Of a DNA stretch of 59,310 nt, positions 29,701 through 39,200 are shown in pieces. The translations under genes and the position numbers were made by a program. The stretch is from a virus (taxonomy: Duplodnaviria > Caudoviricetes): IMG/VR virus record IMGVR_UViG_3300012928_000006, positions 1 to 59,310 of that record; one strand, 5' to 3'. The notes under the pieces are model-generated. The model had not been told where the DNA came from. It was given only the letters and a program-made list of their open reading frames with translations, and did not search any database. Numbering within the stretch: position 1 is the stretch's first letter; every line of letters starts with the position of its first letter.

Positions 29701-32700
29701 CAACTCGTGCTTACTTCTTAGGAAGCACACAATACTTGCCAAATGAACAAGTGACACCTACAGTACAAGCATACACACACTTGCAAAGTGTAATTGATGA
29801 TACTATACAAGGTGTAGCAGTTACTCCTCAAACAGGTAATCCACTAACACAAACATTAAGTGGTAATTATGGTGATGCTGCGGTAGCAACAACATTTACT
29901 GATTTGATTGGCATTTTGAAAACAGCAGTGCAAAATCAAACATTGATTGGCACTCCTGCAGAAATAGAACCTAATTATACTTGGATAGCAGAAGCAAATA
30001 GAAATGCAGCATCAGAATTTTTTGTACAAAAATCTTATTATCAAGATGAAACAATTACTTACATCAACGAAAATATTTTAGGATTTTCTTACAACATAGA
30101 CAAATGTAAACGTGATACAGGATACATCATTGACGCTGCACTTTATGATATGATGTATGGCGGTGATAAGCAATCACGTAGAGCTGCATTAGCATATTAC
30201 AATGGTGCAATACTTACAGGTATAGCTGGAGCATACGGCGATCAAACTGGTATTACAGCATATGCAAACAAATATCTTGCAGACATTGTAAACAAAGTAT
30301 CAAAAAATGAAGTAGTTACAAGAAGCTTTGGTAACACAGCAACACAAACTTTAACAATACCAGATGGTAGCACATTACTAGATTCAAGCGAATTTCCAGG
30401 TGCTGAACTAGCATTGTTAATTAATAGAGTTGCTGATGCAATTGAAGCAAAATCAATGGGTGATTGGTTCGAAAGAGAACACGATTTAACTTTAGGTAAC
30501 TCAATATTCCTTGCAGAAAGAAATGCAATACTTGCAGAAGAACAAAGTATTATTGATACATCAATTAGTAACTTAAACTTAGTATACGGTGGTATATTTG
30601 ATATTACTGTATTCCCAGGAGTGATAAGTGTAACGACTGATAAAATAGCAAACTTAAACAACGTTAGTACTGTAAGTACATCAGGACACGCATTTGAATA
30701 TGTTGGTGCTGGTGTGACATATAACGCACTTCCATTCTTTGGAGGTACAGCAATACCCGAAACTGAGATTGTAGAATCAAATCAAGGTAAAATATTTGCT
30801 GGTGGTACAGTTGACCAAATTGGTAACTTTAGAGTTGGTAACTTCTTTGCAGTTAATGCACTTACTGGTGGTATCAGCTTAAATGCAAACGAAATTGACC
30901 TTGAAGGCTTAACAAGTGTTGGTCCGTTTATCAGAAACGGTATTCCAGTTGGTGTTGAATTAAAAGAGGTTAGTGACAACGAAGCATTGTTATCAAGTTT
31001 AGGTACACAAGATTTTCAAACTGCACCTACACAAAGAGCTGTTGCAACTTATGTTGAATCAAGATACTTAAACAAAACAACAGGCGGAGACATTGTTGGC
31101 GATGTAAGTATGACAGGCGACTTAGCAGTCAACGGCGATGCAATTACTAGCACAAGTGCAAGTTTTGAATTCTTAAATTCAGGTGTACAAAGTATAGATA
31201 TGTTAGCAGCGGCAACTACTATCAACATTGGTGCTGCAACAGGTACTGTAACAATTAATCCAGATGTTACAATAGAAGGTGTGCTAACTGTTAATGGAAA
31301 CTTAGTATTTGATGGTGATGTTAATATTAGTATACCAGATGAAACATTACAAGCATACAGTATTACAGAAGGCACCGAAGATTATGTAAGTATCAATACT
31401 AGAAATGCTGAAGAATCAATTACATTTGGTACAGCACCAAAAGTAATAATTGCTAACCAAACAGAGTCAACAAGCAAAGACACTGGTGCATTAGTTGTAG
31501 ACGGTGGTGTTGGTATTGAAGGTAGCACATTTATTGAAACTAACTTAACTGTTAATGCAAACGCAAACTTAGGTTCAGATAGAACTACAGATGAACATAC
31601 TGTTTCAGGTAAAATAGATATTGATATTCCAGATGATAGTATTAACAATTTTAGAATACACGAAAACATTAGTGAATACGTAAACATCTATACAACAGAT
31701 GGTGCAGAACAAATCTTGTTAGGTGCAACACCTAAATTAATTGTACTTAACAATACAAATGCAACAGATAACACAACTGGTGCTGTACAAGTTACTGGTG
31801 GTATAAGTGCTCAACAAAATATACATTCAGGTATTGACGTTGTAGCAGATCGTGATTTGATTGCTGATAGAAATGCTAAAATAAATGGCAGCAATATCAC
31901 AACAACTTCACTATCGTTTGATGTTATTAACACAGTAGCAACAACTGTAAACGCATTTGGTGATGCTACTACACTTAACATAGGTGGTGCTACTGGCACA
32001 ATGACAATTGGCAACGAAGTTGTTATTATTGACAGTGTAGCAGGCTTGCAGATTCCGGTTGGTACAACTGCTGAACGTCCAGTTGATGTTACAGGTAGAA
32101 TAAGATTTAACACAAGTTTGAATGCATTTGAAGGCTACGATGGCATTGCTTGGAATACACTAGGTGGTGTAATTGATGTTGATCAAGATACAAAAGTAGT
32201 TGCAGAAGATAGTCCAGGTGCTGATAATGACGAACTAGACTTTTTCACAGCAGGCACATTAAGAGCAACATTAAGTGAAACAGAATTTAATATTCAATCA
32301 ACTATTATTACAAACTTACTTAATGATACGCAAAGTGAAAATCATACAACAGGTGCATTAACAGTAGCTGGTGGCGTAGGTATTGCTAAAAACTTACACG
32401 TAAATGGTTATCTAAATGGAAACAATAGCGGTGTATTAACAATTGGTAACTTGGGTAGTGATAAAATCATTATTAAAGGCGAAACAATTGAAACACCAGA
32501 TACTATAACACTTATTGCTAATGCACCAGATAGTGCAGCAGATGATGTTGTATATCCAATGACATTTGCTCATCACACTGTAAGTGGTGCAATTGTTGCT
32601 GGTGCAGGTACAGGTATAAAGTTTGAATTAGAAACTACTAACAATAACTTTGAATGTGGTGGACAAATTGAAATAGTAGCACAAGACATTACAGGTTCAC

Positions 32701-33158
32701 AAGAAGACTTTGATATGGTATTTAGAACAATGGATGCTGGTAGTACAGGAGTTGAAAAACTACGCCTAAGTGAAACTACAAGTACATTTAGTACAAATGT
32801 CCAAGTTGATCAAAACTTGTTTGTAACTGGTATACTTGACGCAGCAGGGTTTAGAGGTAGCATTTTTGCAGATGATAGCACTGAGATGATTGATGCTATC
32901 AATAACAAAATTACTGTTACTGATATTGCTGCTGGTACACTTTCACTTACTACTGATTTAGAAGTTATACACGGTGGTACAGGCGTAAGCACACTTACTG
33001 AAGATGGTATTATGTATGGTGCAGGCACAGGTGCTGTACAAGTTACAGCCGCAGCAGGCGATGCAGATGCTTCAGAAACATTCCAAGTACTAACTGTAAC
33101 AAGTGATTCAGATGCAACTCCAATTTGGTCTGATACTATTGATGGTGGCACTTTCTAA
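23733..33158 (+). CDS. Giant fibre/appendage protein A (3141 aa): pectin-lyase-like beta-helix interrupted by 10 phycobiliprotein-like helical repeats; C-terminal DGGTF
   Basis: LYVTQDGNDLNDG..ATIKSAV, SPYVQNCT, SMVADAFT, SGHAFEYVG; repeats Y(D/N)xxKCxRDxxxIxDAxxxDxxxGxN. Confidence 0.75.
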   Translation: MDYFKRQSLHSRLIGDQSVTLTADGEVLIEPAGGKVKIDGDLVVTGNASGPEATDILYVTQDGNDLNDGKSLGPDGAKATIKSAVEAAQSGTTILVGPGDFFEENPIVLPDFVTIRGTGDLRNTRVFPRNNTQTIFYVGNGCYIHELTMRGLRYPGWCVEIREGALVTTSPYVQNCTNMNGPWLNDGTEFIPFETVQIPGVEPGAKPIMVEDNPSLPFSKQVNNTGGGGGMYVDGNKYDPASLVFSMVADAFTQIAQGGIGFWIDNFGYTQIVSCFSVFCSVGFKTTRGGYLSISNSVSDFGLVGIEADGFFPQAYTTARPQQDYYSTVASVTINTPGANYTSAPTVSIEAPSKPGGTTATATASIDTTSGRLAAVTIQDSGSGYTSVPLISFSGGGATAQATGTVNLASNVSVRLNSLRDKPQTGSIIKFDGDPLYYYITGTNQINPPFVYDEQVCRRDLSRIIDAVTADIVLGTEYQSQAAATSYLRATSSKVLSDQLAPTVYGIEQARDLMKAETTNLAMEEQIDYLFNIITATINDGDSSVQPNNTNSLAGAFNDLQTIDPARIIAKDNVIENREFLVEEVVAYINDQFTELSYNQADYKRDMTTLINGIQMFAVLESNQQVIRIAQEYEYRDRYKNLLLSSFRFLSEKFEALAEVQASSIALQNVKEGFNQFMNIVDDGDSSANVIVFPEHAGVDDNRADAKDQLQANKNFMLEEFTTFLSAEAPGFVYDEDDYKLDFERIIDAMTFDVLYNGNSSTVTECKYYFANGAGGTQFSDLTPNDRNAVVATYARMRFVIARVVRGLSVTPTSGNGVAQDFGSNNATQSEASFLDSLLFNVEDMIDNVTLSRLPATLTYPTYGDEPPLQIDAANIIAARRDGFINDAIQYNLANNPTLTYDVEKCKRDVGYIVDAINRDILLGTNHNSIQAGQAYKRANVAYLNVEQKPATILSLKYAKTLGVAAVTNNATIQSAVADRWDIVLDIIEFDQLPSQGIEYPDPGPASNELIYGVDQVLANKAFLQEEVVAYIANNYYVYDEDKCSRDTGLIIDAAAFDTLLGTNYNAVTAGLSYQRANSAYVLSNQNTETIAGINFAKSRSSDATTHSPSQSDVEAAFDEVIDIIQNGAVSTPQAADPLTFTDPTNATTGEVNAKAQLQNNRDFIAAETVAYINENYVNFSYDSAKCERDIGLILDAVSKDIALGTNYNAVTAGLGYSRAGAATNKQAQGVQTLESFKFARKETVEKGLSDIGEARALAAWNEVIDIFVNGVQSTDAAADALVFTNPVGANQDVIDAKDRLIANREFIAQETLAFVNDNKTNFDVSGATYNQATGDMVLTIGSHSLTTSDTITLKPESLAFSCTYGQGNHTYVGGTATAAVQSGGNYTHTFVSAVTNGVTSNLGNLPNAVTGATYNAATGEMVITSTAHSLTTSNTLSIADDALTFTCTMDGNSSNHTYPRSTDPASGANLAISSVTADTITINVGASPIVNHDVTDATYNYATGVIEMTIGSHSLTVGTSIKIANDSLTFTCDADGNATQHTYPRATDPARDTALPITAVTGTTVSVNVGIIDASTSSTKSYPRASSNDPAYNTELAISAVDATTITVNVGPNTTNPTVHTFESAVSGAVITQGYNQDKCLRDTRYIVDGLTHDILYGGNSATRVTAASYFEGAAAQLPVDQLAPTTAAYEHLKNNVLPAVVTNTPLTPTTGNTTPQDTTGGAATATESAALATLVDIIIDHINGYDNINPLGDEVLPSVTWASAELQQDYSTIIAQKSSIQTLTTEFIADTFTGFNFNSTKCDRDTKYIVDALTYDILYGGNSATVGAARSYWVGTQTQVEGQKAETAKALEYTATILNKIIQDQAVDYTWQSGEAQNTTAGAGTATEAARASNLLQIIQDVITDGLDQLPAEIKPDYPQWVSTDVVDGVSNLLAEKATIQADTVSFINTTYNGFSYDEEVCKRDTGFIIDAVVHDAFYEANISTLIATRAYFLGSTQYLPNEQVTPTVQAYTHLQSVIDDTIQGVAVTPQTGNPLTQTLSGNYGDAAVATTFTDLIGILKTAVQNQTLIGTPAEIEPNYTWIAEANRNAASEFFVQKSYYQDETITYINENILGFSYNIDKCKRDTGYIIDAALYDMMYGGDKQSRRAALAYYNGAILTGIAGAYGDQTGITAYANKYLADIVNKVSKNEVVTRSFGNTATQTLTIPDGSTLLDSSEFPGAELALLINRVADAIEAKSMGDWFEREHDLTLGNSIFLAERNAILAEEQSIIDTSISNLNLVYGGIFDITVFPGVISVTTDKIANLNNVSTVSTSGHAFEYVGAGVTYNALPFFGGTAIPETEIVESNQGKIFAGGTVDQIGNFRVGNFFAVNALTGGISLNANEIDLEGLTSVGPFIRNGIPVGVELKEVSDNEALLSSLGTQDFQTAPTQRAVATYVESRYLNKTTGGDIVGDVSMTGDLAVNGDAITSTSASFEFLNSGVQSIDMLAAATTINIGAATGTVTINPDVTIEGVLTVNGNLVFDGDVNISIPDETLQAYSITEGTEDYVSINTRNAEESITFGTAPKVIIANQTESTSKDTGALVVDGGVGIEGSTFIETNLTVNANANLGSDRTTDEHTVSGKIDIDIPDDSINNFRIHENISEYVNIYTTDGAEQILLGATPKLIVLNNTNATDNTTGAVQVTGGISAQQNIHSGIDVVADRDLIADRNAKINGSNITTTSLSFDVINTVATTVNAFGDATTLNIGGATGTMTIGNEVVIIDSVAGLQIPVGTTAERPVDVTGRIRFNTSLNAFEGYDGIAWNTLGGVIDVDQDTKVVAEDSPGADNDELDFFTAGTLRATLSETEFNIQSTIITNLLNDTQSENHTTGALTVAGGVGIAKNLHVNGYLNGNNSGVLTIGNLGSDKIIIKGETIETPDTITLIANAPDSAADDVVYPMTFAHHTVSGAIVAGAGTGIKFELETTNNNFECGGQIEIVAQDITGSQEDFDMVFRTMDAGSTGVEKLRLSETTSTFSTNVQVDQNLFVTGILDAAGFRGSIFADDSTEMIDAINNKITVTDIAAGTLSLTTDLEVIHGGTGVSTLTEDGIMYGAGTGAVQVTAAAGDADASETFQVLTVTSDSDATPIWSDTIDGGTF

Positions 33159-33174
33159 TAAAGCTGCCACTTTT
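33145..33174 (+). terminator. Possible terminator/hairpin after fibre A
   Basis: GTGGCACTTT..AAAGCTGCCAC followed by TTTT. Confidence 0.4.
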
Positions 33175-33265
33175 ACTCCTATGATAAATAACATTAGAGC
33201 GATTTTTATCGTGTAATTGGGCGTCTTTATAGACTTGACCCGTACCTAAATAGGAGGCAGCCTTT

Positions 33266-36200
33266 ATGGCAACAAAGATTAGACACAAGCGTAGTGCGGT
33301 GGCTGGTAAGCAGCCGTTAGTTTCTCAATTAGAATCAGGTGAATTAGCAATCAACACAGCAGATGGTAAAGTATACCTATTGCGTGATGATAACACTGTA
33401 CAAGATATTACAAGAAGAGTATTTGAAGGAAATACACAATTAGAAGTAGATGACTTAGGTGATAGTACATCAGCTGCAATTACTGCAACTGTAAACAATG
33501 ACTTAAAAATGTCAATTACAGATAATGGAATATTTACAAATGATGATATTAGTATTGAAAATGCAAATACATTAACATTCAAAGAACTTACAGGTTCTGG
33601 TGCAGATGGTATTTCATTAAAATCTCCAGATACGCTTGACGCAGGATACAACCTTACATTGCCTCCAAAGGTTGGTACTGTCGGTCAGCTTATTGCAACA
33701 GACGCTAACGGAAATTTATTTTTCCAAGATGCAGATATTTTTGGCGGTAACGTTGTTTACGTTTCTGCAGAACAAGGTGATGATGCTAACGATGGACAAA
33801 GTGCTCCAGTTAAAACTGTTAAGAGAGCTTGTCAAATTGCATCAGGACTTGTGTACAATGCAGACGGAACTACTAACGGTGTACGTGTAAACGTAAAAGT
33901 TGCTGTTGGTGACTATACAGAAGACAATCCACTTATTGTTCCAGATAACACAGTTATCAAAGGTGACGGTTTACGTGGTTGTATTATTCGTCCTGGTAAT
34001 GCAAACAGAGATATGCTACGTGTTAGAAACGCTTGTTACTTTGGTGAATTTACATTTAGAGATGGTATTGATGAAAACCAAGTACCATTAATTACAGCTG
34101 ATTATGCTGTTGCATTTGACGATCCTTTTGATACAAATATTACCGATCGTGCTGATTATGTAAACTTACCTAATACAAGACCGTTTATTACAACATCACC
34201 ATATATCCAAAACTGTTCCATACTTTCGTTGTTAGGTATGAACGGTGCTAAGATTGACGGTAGTAAAATTACTTCACCTAACGTGGGTTTTGTTCCGCAA
34301 GAACAAGAAAATCCAGTAGTTGGTGCTATACCTGAACAAGGTAAATCAATGGTTGCTAACGCTTTTACTATTCTATCATTTGGTGGTACAGCGTGGCGAT
34401 TAACCAACGATGCTTATGCACAGATCGTGTCTTGTTTTGAAATCTTCCTACTAAACGGTGTTTATTGTCAGTCAGGTGGATATTGTTCTATTACAAACTC
34501 TGCTACAAACTTTGGTTTGTATGCATTGAGAAGTTCTGGTTATTCACCAAAAGCATTTGAATTTGACCGTGCATTTGTTACAGGTACAGGTGCATTTGAA
34601 GGACTACAAACAGTAAGTATTGTAGGTATTAACAGAGATACTCCAGTTGAAGAATTTGTTTTACGTTTTAGAGAACCAGATTATAAATTTGCAAACGAAA
34701 CACTGTTAGTTGAAAGAGATCAAATTGCAGCAGATACTGTTACTTGGATCAATCAACAAATAGCAGCAGCTTCTCCAAGCATATGGGCAGGCTTTACATA
34801 TGACCAAGCAAAATGTGAAAGAGATACAGGATTATTAGTTGATGCAATTAGATGGGACGCTGCATTTGACACAAATTATAGATCTGTTAGTTCTGCACTT
34901 ACATATTTTAATGGAAGATTCCCTGCTGCATTATTCGCTGCACAAAAAGCACAACACGTAGAAGCATTTACACAAGCAAAAGCATTTACAACAAACGTCA
35001 CACAAGTATCTGCATACGAAACTCGTGTTAATGCTCTTTGGGACGAAATTATTGAAATTTTAGATAATGACAAAACTTTTACAGCAACAACAGGAACAAC
35101 ATACGATCCTAACACAGGATTACTAGTAATCAACATTGGCAATCATAATTTGCAAATTGGTACATCAGTTATAATTGCAGATAATAGTTTAACATTTACT
35201 TGTGCTTCAGATGGAAACAATACACAGCATACATATCCAAGATCAACAGATCCAGCAAGTGAAAAGGCACTTACAATTTCAGCTGTAACAGCAGATACTA
35301 TTACAGTTAACGTTGGAGTAAGCAGTGATACGTCAGTACATACTTGGGTAGAAGCTGTTGCAAATAGTATTACTATCGAAGGTGTTGGTGTAACAGGACT
35401 TACAGATCCAACTGGTTACAATACTAGCTATCTTACTGGTTACGGTGATGCTAGAACACAATTAGAAAACAATAGAAACTTTATTATCAAAGAAATCACT
35501 GCTTGGATTGCAGATCAAGTTGCAGCAGAAATTTCACCATTTGTTTCTACATATTCATACGATGTAGCTCAATGCGAAAATGATATAGGATTAATTTTAG
35601 ATGCATTAAGATACGATCTTACATATGGTGGTAACTTACAAACTTTTGATGCAGCAATTCAATACTTTGTTGGAACAACCAAACAACTTGCTGACGGACA
35701 AAAAGCTACAACATTGGCTGCATACGCAAGATTAAAAGAAGTAATAGGAAAAGTTATTCTTGAACAAACAGTAGTTAAAAGTGGTGGAGGAGCTCATACG
35801 TATGTAGGAGGCACTGTATCAAATGCAATTACTATTACAGCCGGAAGTGTTCAAAGAGATGTTACAGCCGCAGACTATAACTACATAACAGGTGTAATGG
35901 AATTGACTATTGGCTCACATAGTTTTACAACTAGTGATACAGTTACAATAGCAGCAAATTCATTAACATTTACTTGTGACCTTGATAGTAACTCAACTAA
36001 TCATACATATCCAAGAGTAGGAGACCCTGCATACAATACTGCTATTGCAATCACAGCAGTTACCGGAACTACTATTACTGTTAATGTTGGTCCAGCTGGT
36101 AACGCTTTGACTCAAGATACATCTGCAACACCAGGTACTACAGATAGTGCAAACTTTGCTAAAGATAGAATACAAGAAATTATCGATTATATCAACAGCG

Positions 36201-39200
36201 ATGGTGCAACTCCTCCAACAAAAGTTGAACCAGCCGATGCCTGGGTTGCTAACCAAGCTTTTGTTGAAGATAAAAATAGACTATATTCTGAAGCACAGAA
36301 AAACATTGGACAAAATGTAAATGCATATATTGAAACACAAGTAGATGCAGCACAATGGTACAATTTTGTATACGACAATGCAAAATGTTTACGTGATACA
36401 AAACTTATTGTTGAAGCTGTTGCAAAAGATGCTTGGGACACAGGTAACAGATATTCACGTAGTGCTGGTCTATCTTACTACAATAAAAACATTGGCGATA
36501 GTTCACAAATAACAATTAGTGGACAAGAAAGACAAACTATAAGTGCTATTAATCAAGCTAAAGCATTAACATTAGCAACAATTACTAATTTGTCAACTTC
36601 TGCACAAAATTTTGTAGGTAGCAGATTTGATATTGTAACAACTATTATTAATGACGGTGCAGATTTACCAGATGCACAAGATGTTAGTTCTGAAGGCGAT
36701 ATAACAAACGACTTTAAAACAAACGCAACAGAAAGCACATTCAATGCTGCAACAGATGTTAACACAACTGCTGATGTGTTTACAATAACAGGACACGGAT
36801 TTACAAACTTACAAAAAGTTATTTACGATCCAGACAATAATCCACCTATACAAGGTTTAGATGCAGAACAGACATACTATATTAAAATTGTTAACGATGA
36901 CGAATTTACACTTTGTTTTGACGAGTCTGGAGACTTTGCTGTTAATGTAATTGCAACAAGCACAGGTACACATAAATTCTTGTCAGGTGTGATTGAATTC
37001 TTTGTAAATGAAATTACATCATCTCATACAACATATCAGAAACTAGAATTAGAATCAGGTTCAGAAAGTTATGAGTTTGTTCCTGGTAGACAAATTACTG
37101 GTGTAACAGGTGCAAGTAACAACGCTGCTATTGTGTTTAGTTGGAAGCCTGCTATTAGAGAACTTATTGTAAGTATTGAAGAAGTTGCAGTTGGACAAAG
37201 TTTACTACGTATCCAATTTGACGAAACAAGTACAATTACATCTGACCACGCAAGTACACCAAATACAACTATTGGTGTTAATGCTGCTCAAACACAACTA
37301 GGACTTGGTACTGCAACATTTGCAGTTAAGGCAACAGACGGAAGTAGTGCATTAACTAATCTAGCAAACTTACCAGAAAATCAAGTATGGTTCCATAGAC
37401 CAAGTATTGTTAACTCATCATCACATACTTGGGAATATGCAGGTTCAGGTACAGACTATAACGCACTACCGCAAAACGGTGGTAACACAAAAGCAGAGTT
37501 TGAACAGTTTGAAGAACTTCCAGGGCGTGTGTACTCATCAGGTACAAACGAACTTGGTGACTTTAAAGTTGGTGACTTTATTACAGCTTTTAACAGAACA
37601 GGTAACATTACATTTAGAAACAAAGTGCAGGTGGACGAACTTGATGCTTTGAGACTAAGCTTGTCTGATGTTGCTATTGAAGAAATTTCAACAAGTGTTA
37701 ACTTAGGTGATGACGAATTAGGCGGCGCTAGTAACGCAAGACTATCAACTCAGTTAGCTGTAAGAGCATTTATTAGTAACAGACTAGGTGGATTTGTTGA
37801 CAAAACTGTGTCAACTGCTGCTGTTCCTGGTGCTATTGTTCAACTTAACACTAACGGACAGTTAAATGGTGATTTGATTCCGGCTACTAGACAGTTTACA
37901 AACACAAACACAAATGGTTATCTATCAAGACTACAACAAGTTGATAACATTCCTGCTGTTGATTTGAAAGCTGGTGACATTGCTACAGAAAATTATGAAC
38001 AAGTAGAACTTACACTTAGTGGTAACATCAGTGCTGCTGATGGTGCTACAATATCGCAGCCAACAGCATTTGGTGCAATTGGTTACGCAAAAGGACTGTA
38101 TGGAAGCAGTGGTAACATTCTAGTTGCAAGTATTGGCGGTGAATGGATTGTTGGAGACGATAGTACAGGTTCACAATTCCAAACTGGTGTTGGAAACAAT
38201 CTTTTTGTAGACGGAGTTGACAGTGGTGTATATCCAACAAACATTGGAGTATCAAGTCAAGTCGTTGATAACTTCTTCTTAAAAAGTTCTAACTCTAGTC
38301 AGTTCCTTGTACTAGATCCAACAGATAATTATACATTTACAACAAGCACAATTACAACATTAGAACGTACATCTAATGTAACAACTGCAACAACAAGCGG
38401 TGCTCACAATCTTATAGTTGGTAACCAAATCAGTGTTGTTTGTGATGATAATGAAACATTTGAAACAAACACTACTGTTCTTTCTACTCCAAGTAGTACA
38501 CAATTTACATACTCAAATGTAGATCCAGATGACGTTGCAAGTTTCTCTGTATCAAGCGGCTTTGTTGGCAGTGTGGTAAGAAGTGCTGATGGTAACGCAC
38601 AAGGTAGAGTTACTGAAACAAGATTTGGTGTACTTTCAGGTATTGATAATGCAAATATTGTAGGCGGTACTTTGTATACTCCAACAGTAGGAAATCAAAC
38701 ATATAGAGATGTAGCACTAACAAATGTTACAGGAAGTGGTTCAGGTGCTACAGCTGATATTACAGTTACAGCTGGACAGGTTACAGATGTTGATATCAAA
38801 ACAGGCGGTATCACATATGCAATAGGAGACCTATTAAGCGCAGCTAATTCTAACTTAGGCGGCACAGGTAGTGGCTTCCAAATTGAAGTTACAGCTATTG
38901 AAAAACGTGCTTACATTGATATTATTGGTGGCGAACTTTTTGTTGCTAGTAGTTCAAGTGTTGACTTTGTAGAAGATAACACTGCTGTACAAACAGCAAG
39001 AGTAATCAACTTAGATGATATTATTACACATAACTTCTTAGCAGGTTCTTCAGGTGCTGGCGGTGCAGTTGATTATACTAACTTTAGAATTACAATTCCA
39101 AATCACGGTTTCAGCAACGGCGATCCATTGAAGTATGATACTCTTGGAAATACTCCAATTGGCGGTATTCTAAACGGACAAGTTGTTTATGCAAAATTTA

